A DNA stretch of 55,909 nt, filler included, from Stramenopiles sp. TOSAG23-3 (Eukaryota), in assembly GCA_900128585.1 (NCBI GenBank). It is 4 parts of 4 records of this genome, joined end to end, with 100 filler letters (N's around TTAATTAATTAA, not from the genome) between each part and the next. Parts side by side here need not be neighbours in the genome. Positions count along the whole stretch, not along the records: positions 25,870 to 51,605 come from LT642285.1; 3 more parts are not named here. One strand, 5' to 3'. The notes under the pieces were generated by a model, which worked only from the letters and a program-made list of their open reading frames with translations, searched no databases and was not told where the DNA came from. Below are positions 32,360-42,200 of this stretch, piece by piece. Positions within the stretch are counted from its first letter, which is position 1. Each line of letters opens with the position of its first letter. Both the position numbers and the translations under genes were made by a program.

Positions 32360-32740
32360 TGTAAGTTTGTGTTGAAATATATTTCCTTCGTTTTTACACC
32401 GAAAAGAAATTAACATTTCTTGAAAGATATACTGTGTCTACCTCACATATTAGATTGCAAAACTAACAAAACAAACAAAAAAATTGCAAAAGAACAAATG
32501 TTGTTGGTATATTGAAACAAAGTTGGTTATTTTTTTTAGTGCTATGTAGATGTATTTTGCTTTTACCAAAATTTAGTTTTTGTTGTAACTTTTATGTTGG
32601 AATATATTTCTTTCTTTTTAATGACGAAGAGACATGTTAACTTATTTTAATATATTAATATGCTGTGTTTATGTATTACGGATTGCAAACACTAAAACAA
32701 AAAACAACCAAAATGCGAAGGAAGAATTGTTGGTGGTGGT
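32360..32740. repeat. Two diverged tandem copies (~224-bp period) of a dispersed AT-rich repeat
   Basis: Copies start at 32360 and 32584; a third copy at 53858 matches the first at 49 of its first 51 nt. Confidence 0.85.
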
Positions 32741-32777
32741 GGCCGAGTTTTACGATTTGTATACGCATTTTGTTTTA

Positions 32778-35700
32778 TCACAATTTGTCTGTGATAATAG
32801 AAGCCAGCTTTCTACGTAGCAAGGGGCTTACCATGGTTGATATAGGGGTGTAAAAGAAAGACAAAATTTCATCTTCGTCCGCAGATTCAAACGATAATTT
32901 GTCTCTGACCAAACTCGTACCTTTATTGCATGCATTTTCTTCGTCTGATACAGCGACATTATCGTCGTCTTCTAACGATTCCGATAGGTGTTCCATCTGT
33001 TCTTGCTCTTCCCCTTGCTCGCCATTATGTGCCCTCTCCTCTTCCGCGCCAGGTTCTTCTTCAGAAAACACGTCTTGTGCGAGGAAATCCTCGCCTTCTT
33101 CATTTTCAATAGCATCAGTATTTTCGTTCTGTAAGCTTGTTTCTGCATCTATTGGTTCCTGTGGCTGGTCCTTGTTTGCCGGATTTTCGTTCGTATCTAA
33201 GGCTTTGGCGATTTTGTTTATATTCAGAGCTTTGGCAGTTTTAGTCTTGAAACAACATCCTAGCTTAGACATTGCTGGCGCTTTGCTATGCGTTGCGTCT
33301 TTCTCTATCGGTGTATCGCCGTCCTGTGCAATAATATCCTCTGCGGGGGAATTCTTCGAGAGGTGGTCTTCGGTACGGGAGTCTTCTGCAGCAGGGGGTG
33401 TAACATTAGGAACTTTCGTATTAGTTCCTTTCTCCGTTTCCGAAGCATCCGCTGCGCTGCCATCATCGCACTCTTCATCTTGCTCTTCGTAGTCAATTAT
33501 TTTCCTTCGAATCCGATACGTGCTGGCGCGCGCGCCCTTTCTTTTCTTCCCCCAAACCTTTTCGATCTGAGATATTTCGTCTTCTTCTATGGTCAACAAC
33601 CAATTTGACGCGCGTTTCATGTCTCCATCATTTTCTCTAAGTGCCATTATGCACGTATCGAAGCTAAATCCAAGGCGGTGTAAGCCAATCCATGCTGGGT
33701 ATTCTTTTGCTAATTCTTCGTCTGTTTTTGTGCTCTGTTGCAGCACTAGTGCTTCTGCAAGCCGTACTTTGCTGGCCCGTTGGCGCAGCATTTTTGACAT
33801 GTATGCAATTGTCTTTAACCGGTGCATTTTTGAACGATGTGGCCGAGGGGGGAAATTCGCCGGTTTCAGCACTCTTACACCGGCCCCCTTCGACGCTGTA
33901 CGTTTTTGCTGCGAAAACTGGAACGCAGCTATCCATTCGTGTAAAACGCACAGCGCTATGCGCTTTGTGCCGTCCATGTCCTTGTCCGCCCTGTACTTTT
34001 TCTTCCAAACTTTCCGTTTTAAAGCTTTCATTGAAAACGGGACATCGTCATGAGGCACAATGCTGGATTTATAAACCTTTTCGTTCAGAAACCATTTTCC
34101 AATCACTTCGATCGATATTGTCGTTTGGACGTCAGGAAATAAAAGCTGCGTTAGAAGCAGATACTGAGCGTCTGAGAAGAAATCCATGTCTAACATGTCC
34201 AGAAGGCTCTTGAAGTCCTTTCTGTGGATTACGGTATCACAGCCCAGGCTCCACACGGCCTCCCGTAGACTCAAAATGCACTGACATTCTGCTTTGCGGG
34301 TTTTCATTCCACGCAAGAGCTTCTTCATACGATAAACCAAAGCGGCAATAGACAACTGGCAATGATGTACGAACTCATCCATGTCTTCCTCCGCGGCCAA
34401 TATGGCACCCACTACCCCATCGGTATTGCCCGAGGAAATACCAGCAAGGTTTTCAACCAAAGTTTGCGAGGGGGGGAACGGTTCGGGAAACAGTTTCTTT
34501 TGGAAAAGGCTTTGCATAGATCTCACTCCAGACACTATTTTTTTCTTGGCCAGCTGTGCCTTTACTCTCAGTATACTAATTTTCGGTGCAATGCTAAGAT
34601 GCCTTTCCTCGTCCGTCCAATCGTTCACGCGGCAATGCTTGTTTGTCTCATGGGTCACGTACTCGCGATAAAGCACAAACGTCTGGTAGCAATGCTTACA
34701 TTCAAAAGGCGGCCGGTGTAAGATCCTATACTCGGCCATAGCAGAATAATGTGTATGCCTCTCTGAATCGAGCAGGATGCTTTGAAGAAGAACATGCCTG
34801 AAGCCTATGCCGAAAAGAGAACGGAGCCTACGCCTGGACAAGAACAATGGGTACTTAAGTGCACGAAGAATAGCTCGCCAGAACGCTGAACAGGGCAAAA
34901 TTGCACAGCGATTCTCCTTTCGTCTTCTATCGCCGTCAAACCAGGACAGAAATTCGCGTTTGTGAACAGGGCCATCGGAAACTAGGGATGGGTAGCCCGG
35001 GGTGTGAAACACATCTACGCACATCAAATCTTTCAAGAGTTTATAAAATTCGTTCTTGTGGATATAGTCGTCAGAACGGATCCGAGAGTCAATTATTTGT
35101 AGCATGATCATGCGCTTCGTAAGCGGACCTTTCCGTAATTTCCTCATCACTGCTTTGCATCTTCTATGATACCTGCGGCCTTCCTTGCTTTTGAACAGCC
35201 ACATCCTCATTTCTTGACGGCTGGCATTTCTAGCTTCGAGCACTTCCGAGCGCTCTCCTTCCAGGCGCAAGTTCTCCTTTTCAATAGCATTTTGAACCCT
35301 TTGCGGGTAGAATAAGGTAGCAAGGTGCCTGCGAGCATACTTTTGGACGACGGTGGCGGCCCTTGTCTTCCGCTTAAAGCGGAAACGAAAGCGGGCCATG
35401 TTGCCACGGAAACGCGTCTGAATCGTCAAAACAGCCTTCGTCTCTTTCCAGAATTTCAAGCGTGCGGCACGAGCACGACCAAGGTAACCCCTCATTCTCG
35501 CTTGAATGATGCAGGCGTACTTGTTTTGAATGGTGCGAATATGAGCAACACCTGTACAAATGGTTTTATTTATAAAGTACTCGGCTGCTTCGTGTGCAAG
35601 GCGCAAGACAGTCCGAATCCATGCTGCTCGTTTTCGGCCAAGGTGACCGCGGTAAATCCTCTGCAAATGGGGTACAAATCGCATCCATTGGACCAAGCGA

Positions 35701-36713
35701 CGTGCGAGTAGCCCTCTAGCCCTTGTTTGGATTATGGTGGCAGCATCGTTGAACCTCTCCCTGCGCCAAATGAAATGCCGCCTTTTCAAGTAGCCCCGTG
35801 CAATTCGCTGTATCAATAGGACGCTGCGGTCCACTCTAAATTTTCTATAACGCCACACCGATTGCATTTTTACCGCTCCGAAGTGAGCTTCTCGGGAGTA
35901 TGGAAACGAAGGAGGGCCAGCTTCGAGCTCTCCTGTGTGCGTGATTGGTTCCATGTATTTTGGTGCGTTTAAGTGCTGCTGCTCTACAGTAAATGATCCA
36001 GAGCCGCAAAATTGCTCCGACGTCAATGGCCTGGAGAGTTGCGAGAGCATCTTATCGTCCCATATCCCTGTTCCAATTGTTTCTATTAAATTTTCTTTCG
36101 AGGAGACTTTCATCTCGTTTGAGACCATGTGATCTGCCGTTTTCAGACGCTTTTGTATATTTTTCTGTCCGACATTTGCTAGGGCCTCTACTCTCTCTCG
36201 GGCCGTTGGAATAGTATCTCCGGCGGTGTGCAGCCTTTTGCTACGCGGATTTGTTTCTGTCGCGCGCGCCCCAAAAGGTTTTCGGCGGATAGGAAGGGCG
36301 GAAGAGTGGGTAATTCTCTTTTTTTTAATAAACTTAGAAGCCGTGAGGTTTTCGACCAATTGTGACTCGAATGACGTTGAAATGAGAAAAGCATCGGGGG
36401 TCGCTATGTCCCTGATTGGATCGGTGTTGTTCCCGAGTGTCCACTCAAAGCCATTGCTCTTCTTGCTGACGGAGTACAGTGCGTCCTCGACGTCCTGCTT
36501 CCAATTCGCAAGCGAAAACTCTTTGGCGGCGCTATCGCCATTTCTCTCCACCAAAGCCTTCAACTCTTCCCTCTTTATGCCCATTCGTGATATACACCTT
36601 CTCTTTGAAATTTTCGCTCTCTGTTTCAGCGTCAATGGAGGTCGTTTGAACGGATTCACCAGCTTTTCGCCTAAAGGATGGTCCACCGAAGGTGTTTCCG
36701 CAGGTTCCCCCAT
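32778..36713 (-). CDS. Large multi-IQ protein with C2H2 zinc finger, UBA-like domain and acidic tail
   Basis: About 7 IQxxxRGxxxR motifs; FECKHCYQTF..YREYVTHETNKHC; LHRLGFSFDTCIMALRENDGDMKRASNWLL (UBA-like). Confidence 0.88.
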   Translation of the reverse strand: MGEPAETPSVDHPLGEKLVNPFKRPPLTLKQRAKISKRRCISRMGIKREELKALVERNGDSAAKEFSLANWKQDVEDALYSVSKKSNGFEWTLGNNTDPIRDIATPDAFLISTSFESQLVENLTASKFIKKKRITHSSALPIRRKPFGARATETNPRSKRLHTAGDTIPTARERVEALANVGQKNIQKRLKTADHMVSNEMKVSSKENLIETIGTGIWDDKMLSQLSRPLTSEQFCGSGSFTVEQQHLNAPKYMEPITHTGELEAGPPSFPYSREAHFGAVKMQSVWRYRKFRVDRSVLLIQRIARGYLKRRHFIWRRERFNDAATIIQTRARGLLARRLVQWMRFVPHLQRIYRGHLGRKRAAWIRTVLRLAHEAAEYFINKTICTGVAHIRTIQNKYACIIQARMRGYLGRARAARLKFWKETKAVLTIQTRFRGNMARFRFRFKRKTRAATVVQKYARRHLATLFYPQRVQNAIEKENLRLEGERSEVLEARNASRQEMRMWLFKSKEGRRYHRRCKAVMRKLRKGPLTKRMIMLQIIDSRIRSDDYIHKNEFYKLLKDLMCVDVFHTPGYPSLVSDGPVHKREFLSWFDGDRRRKENRCAILPCSAFWRAILRALKYPLFLSRRRLRSLFGIGFRHVLLQSILLDSERHTHYSAMAEYRILHRPPFECKHCYQTFVLYREYVTHETNKHCRVNDWTDEERHLSIAPKISILRVKAQLAKKKIVSGVRSMQSLFQKKLFPEPFPPSQTLVENLAGISSGNTDGVVGAILAAEEDMDEFVHHCQLSIAALVYRMKKLLRGMKTRKAECQCILSLREAVWSLGCDTVIHRKDFKSLLDMLDMDFFSDAQYLLLTQLLFPDVQTTISIEVIGKWFLNEKVYKSSIVPHDDVPFSMKALKRKVWKKKYRADKDMDGTKRIALCVLHEWIAAFQFSQQKRTASKGAGVRVLKPANFPPRPHRSKMHRLKTIAYMSKMLRQRASKVRLAEALVLQQSTKTDEELAKEYPAWIGLHRLGFSFDTCIMALRENDGDMKRASNWLLTIEEDEISQIEKVWGKKRKGARASTYRIRRKIIDYEEQDEECDDGSAADASETEKGTNTKVPNVTPPAAEDSRTEDHLSKNSPAEDIIAQDGDTPIEKDATHSKAPAMSKLGCCFKTKTAKALNINKIAKALDTNENPANKDQPQEPIDAETSLQNENTDAIENEEGEDFLAQDVFSEEEPGAEEERAHNGEQGEEQEQMEHLSESLEDDDNVAVSDEENACNKGTSLVRDKLSFESADEDEILSFFYTPISTMVSPLLRRKLASIITDKL

Positions 36714-37368
36714 GCCTACGCAAAAACCGCTTTTGCTTCTATTTGGTGTACTTCACTATCCACCGGGCGTCAACTAAAACCACGTTTTTCCAATCAAACC
36801 ATTTTTCTTTATAATAAGTAAAGATTGATCGATTGACAAATCAAATATTGCGCGCGGACTATTCTTCCATTGTTTTTTATTTTAATAATTGAGTTTTTTG
36901 TTGTTATTATTATTATTATTATATATATTCCCTTATATTTTCTTCTATGCTATTCCTTATTATTTACATATGTGATAAATAAGAAAACCATCTCCTACTA
37001 CTAACGTAAATATGATTATTACAGATCGATAATAATATTCTCTCTTTATGATATTAATTATATATTTTAGAAGAATTTGTCACGTTAAAAGGCGAACGTT
37101 TGGATTTTGCAATCAGATTGTACCGGTAGTATGTATATATAATCTGGTATTACATTAATAATACTACCTATCTATCTGTATTTTAATAAAATTCCTGTTC
37201 GGGTGTTCGGGTGCCCCGTGCCCCGCCGCACGCCGCACCGTCGTTAGTTGTATAATAATACGACGACCTTGCTTTATTTAAAAACAAATAAATTAATTGA
37301 AAGTTAAAATTATAATTATATTATTTACAAAAACTTAAATACACTATATAATCGGGGTAGGATCAATT

Positions 37369-38172
37369 TTATTCTTCTTTTTCCGTCGCACTGATTTCCG
37401 ACAGAGCATTCAGTTTGAACAAGGTTTCATCCAGTTGCCTAGTGTAATCGTCCAACCCGTCCAAGAGTTTGTTGCATCCGTCGACTCCGTTTTTCCCAGC
37501 TTCTTTCTCCACTTCGTCTTCGTTGATTCCGGATTTGCACTGTGCGGTGATGCTGTTTGCAAACATGTTCACTCGCAATTGCCGCACCGAGGCTTCTACT
37601 TTAGCCAAATCCTGTGAGCTTTGACTGTCCTCCGAAGTCAATTCGTTAAGCTGATCAGCAGAAAGCCCGTACTTTGCCATGTTGCGCCGTACGCATGCTC
37701 GTGCGAACGCTTCGTCGTCGCACTTTGACGACTCGTCGTTTTTCTGCTCGTACAGCTGTTTCTTCCGCTTTTCCTGCAACTCGCCCAGCTCTTTCCTCAA
37801 CTTTCTCTCCATTGCATCGGCAATTGGGTCGTAATTTTCGCCGGGTAAATCTACTATATATTGTGCCCTTCCTAGAATGTCATCCCTGCTGACGTCGGCT
37901 TCCTGGTTGCCGCCCGTTACGAACAGGGTCGACGGTGTCTCGTACGAGACTTGTTGGGGAGACGCTAGCCTTGCGGAAGCGTCATTTTGTTCTTCCTCCA
38001 GAAGTTGCCTCTTCAGCTTCATCATTTCGTTCTGACGTTTTTCCTGCCAATCTTTGATTCCAGATATGGCGGCATCCATACTGTCTAACGTTTCAGCATT
38101 TGAGATGTCAAGGGCAGCCTGCTCCGCCCCGGCTGCTCCAATCTCACGAGCTCCTCTCAAACCGTTGCTCAT
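37369..38172 (-). CDS. Hypothetical coiled-coil protein
   Basis: 267-aa ATG ORF with coding-like composition and heptad segments. Confidence 0.75.
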   Translation of the reverse strand: MSNGLRGAREIGAAGAEQAALDISNAETLDSMDAAISGIKDWQEKRQNEMMKLKRQLLEEEQNDASARLASPQQVSYETPSTLFVTGGNQEADVSRDDILGRAQYIVDLPGENYDPIADAMERKLRKELGELQEKRKKQLYEQKNDESSKCDDEAFARACVRRNMAKYGLSADQLNELTSEDSQSSQDLAKVEASVRQLRVNMFANSITAQCKSGINEDEVEKEAGKNGVDGCNKLLDGLDDYTRQLDETLFKLNALSEISATEKEE

Positions 38173-39277
38173 TGGGTCGGTATAGACAAGAGACTAGTAT
38201 TCGAAAAGACAAAGCTAGTGACTATTTCTTCCCACTCTAATTACTAATGTTTCGTTTCTTTGTGTTTGCATTTTTCCCCTACCTAAAATTGGACAAAATG
38301 ATTATTACTTAATAAACCATTCTTCCAATAAAGAGGTTGAATTGAAACAGTTGTAAAAGAAGAAAAGGTGTACGATTTTTATTCTTCGTCTTATTACTCT
38401 ATTATTTAATTATCATTTCGCTTTTTTTTTATATACTACTGCTTATACTGTGTCCCTGTATTTATTTATTTATTATATTAAATATTTATAAAAAAATGAT
38501 GGAGAATATAGTATAAATATAATATAAATAAGTAAGCAGCAGCAAAAGAGCTGTTGATGATTTTATTTTGTTTGATGCTATAACCCTTCCTTCCTTCCTT
38601 CCTTCCTTCCTTTCTTCCTTCCTTTCTTCATTTCGCTTCTTCGAATTCAAAAGACAAAACCAATAACGACCGTTACATTCTATATAGATAAAATTATATA
38701 ATAAGTACGATATTATTGTATTGTATATTCGATTTATTTCCTTTTTTGAAAGGAAACAATTTTATTATTTTATTATACATAAGTCTATCAGGAGCGAAAC
38801 CACAGTGTCATTGAAAACCAGACACTTACTTATGACATTCTTCTATCACATTCCGTACTTATTACATTATTGTATACAATGGAGAATTCGCAACATTTTA
38901 AGAATAGGCTATAATAATTAATGGGTTTTGAATATTAATTTTTTACCACACTCACACAACAGCAAGACAGGGAGGGAGACTAGTAAAAAATAGTAGAAGA
39001 ATAAATGAAGAAGAAGAAGGGTTTTATATTAAATTATATATTGCACTTCTTTTTATTTGATTTGTTGTTGTTTATTATTATTATTATTGCTTTTCTTTTT
39101 TTGCGTTTCTTTGGTCAATTGTAGCATTCTATTTGTTAATTGTGCACCACGTGTAAAAAAATTTCTAGCGAAGAATAAAAATACTTTTAATCCTTATACG
39201 ATACCGTGCATATTTGTACATATATATATATTCGTTGTTTGCTTTTGATACGTCGTGGGGAAGTCCTGTATTTCAAT

Positions 39278-42200
39278 ATGTCAGCGGACGAGTTTTTGGA
39301 GCTCCAGGCGACTTTAGACGCTTTGACGAAGGAACAAGAGAACATGGAGGCCGGGGTGATCAGGCTTCACAAAAAACAGATGGCGATACACGAGTCAAAT
39401 GTCTCGGACAAAGCTACCCTGAAGAACAATTTTCTTAAAGAGACGGCCCGGATGGACAGAAAACATATGCCTGGTCCCGGCGATTATAGCTACAACACGC
39501 CCTTCGGTGCAGAAGCAAAAGGCGGTCGAATGAACCCTTTGCCAAAATCGAAACGTGCTGCACGCTCGACAAAGAGTGGAGAGCATGGCGCTAGGAACGA
39601 TCGACCGGGCGAGACCGACCCCTGCAGCTTAGAACGCGGGTATAGGGCGACTAGAAAAGGTGCGGTGGGGGGGTCAACTTTTGGAAAGACTTCCGGGGCG
39701 AAAAACAGGGAAGCTACAAGCTTTGGTTTCTCTGGCGATAGAAAAGAATTCGAGGAGGCGATTTCGTGGTTTTTTGGAACAAGCAACAGGTCGGAGATCA
39801 ACAAAGTGCTGCTCGTGTCAAAGCATGACGCTGTGTTAGATCTCAGAGACAACGGCTCTATATTCGCTGGAAAGGAAAGGGGGATTGCCAGGGCACCGCC
39901 GTCGTCGGTATTTTCAGTAGCATTTTACGGAACGCACGTCGCAATCAAAGCAACCAGAGGTCGCCATTTAGAATGTAAATCGAACAGGGTCGAATGCCAA
40001 AGGCTCGGTGCGAATGCCCATGGTAGTGAGTTTAAGTTAGAAAAGGTAGAGACTACAGAAAGAGCAGTCGACGAAACGGGAGAATCCAACCAGAAGCAGA
40101 ATAAGCAAAAAAAGAGAGCCCAAAGGCGTTTTTGCCGTTTAAAGAGTGAGCATGGCCTTTGCTTGACGTTGAAGGAAGACGGCATGCTTGTGTGTGAGCC
40201 TAAATTCGACGAAACAGATGAGTTTTTTGAAGGGAAAAGCACGCAGTTATTTTTTGCAGAACCGTATATTTTGGATGGAAACAGTTATAACCCAAAAGAT
40301 GATATTATTAGACCAAAGATTGTGAAAGGGAACGTTGGTTTTGGGAGGAGCCTCACCCCGAAACAAACCCCAGGTGTCGAGAATAAGGAGAACGCGCGCA
40401 CCCCAGATTCCAAAGGTGCCAGACCTACGATAGGAAATATCGACAAGGCCTTTGACCATGTCGAGCAGACTGCACCTGCTGCTAAATTCGGAACGTCGTC
40501 TCGGTTTGGAGGAAAGAAAGATCTAGGTAGAAAACTGAAAGGAGAGAAATTGTTGGCTTGGTTGAAGCAAGGAAGGGAGTGTAATGTATATCTGAAGTCT
40601 CCGTGCGGCAAATTTTTGCGGCCAAACCAGGTAGGCAGTGTGGGGTTTTCTACCAAGGCTATGCAAGAGTGCGTAGTCTCGTTCTGCCACATCCACAAGA
40701 ACGAGTTTGCGCTGCGTAATGTGCACCGGGACTATCTCGTGCACTCCGAAGCAGACAAAGAAATACAAGTACGGAGAGATAAAAATACGAATGACAATGA
40801 AATGAGTTTTGTGGTACACGTCAGTGGGTCCCGAATAGGGCTGCAGGCGTGCAATGGCAAATACATTAGTCTCAAAAGTGACGGTGGCGGTGCGCTCGGG
40901 ATGTGCGACAAAATGTCATCGCCGAATTGCTTGTTTCTACCTGCGCCATATGCGCCACATTACCAAGTTCGAGACAGCGCGATTCGGCCCAAAACTCAGA
41001 CCATGAAGTGGCGAACGCCTGTAAAAGCCAAACCGTCACCCGGTGGCGCCAGTACCCCGGACGGTGTGTCGGCCCCGAGCGTTGGGGCCCCAACGCCTGG
41101 AAATGCTGGAGATGGGATTGAGCCCATGGATACGGAGCCCACCCCTACCATGCAGTTTACTCCCACAAGCACGCCAACGCCAAATGACAAATTGATCCGA
41201 CCCAGAGTCCAAGGAGGTGCTTGGGCGCCCCCAACGTCCGAAAACGAAATGTCGAGCGCAATCAAGAAGCGAAAGCGAGAAAATATCGTCCCAGGCCCAG
41301 GATTTTACCAATCGGCCACTACAAAGCGATCTGCTGGCGCAGTTATCGCCCCACCCACAATTAAGCGCACTCAAAAAGAGGAAGCTGCCTTGCGCCAACA
41401 CCGACGAAGGGCTCAAAAGGAGATGTCCTCTGCCGGGCCTGGCATGTACGATTTGGCTGGCGGAATGCAGGCAATCAAACAGAACAGTAGCAAAGGCTTT
41501 TCCTTTTCGAAATTGTCTCGTGGCATTACGTCTCCGGGAAGGCGGAAGCGCAAAAAGGCGAAAGACGATGCGGAATCACGGGGAGAAAGTAAGTTTTCCG
41601 AAGACTATTTGCGAAATGAAGAAATTATTGAAGACGATGAAGAATGGGGGGATGGTGATATCTCGGCCTTGATGGCGGAGCCCGACCTCAACCTATCGTA
41701 CGTGAAACCACGAGTGCAGGGTGGGACTTGGGGCCACAAATCGAAGAAAGTGAACTGGAAAAACTATTACGCCATGAAGAAGGCCAGATTAGAAAAGGAG
41801 CGGTTGAAGCAAATCGGGCATTACGATGTGAAGCACGACGGGGTTGAGAAGAAAGTCAGTGGTATTCCATTGTTAGAAAAGGAAGCCAAGGCTCGCCAAC
41901 GAACTAAAACAATAACCAAAAAAGCCGTCGAGAACCGTAAAATGCATGAGGCGTACGAACGTGCCATGGCAGATACAGAACCAGGTGAGTTTCTGACTTC
42001 ACAGATGCACGATGACTGGGCAGAAACAGCTGCAAAGAAGCCAGTATTTCGGTACCACGAGGAAGCTCCGTTGCCGTCCCCAGCTGTGCGAGCACGAAAA
42101 GAGCGGGAACTTGAGGCAGCCGGGCCAAGCTCTTTCCTGGGCCCCCAAAATCTTTCGGACTGGACCAAGCCCAAGGATTGGGATGAGAGGATGAAGGCAG

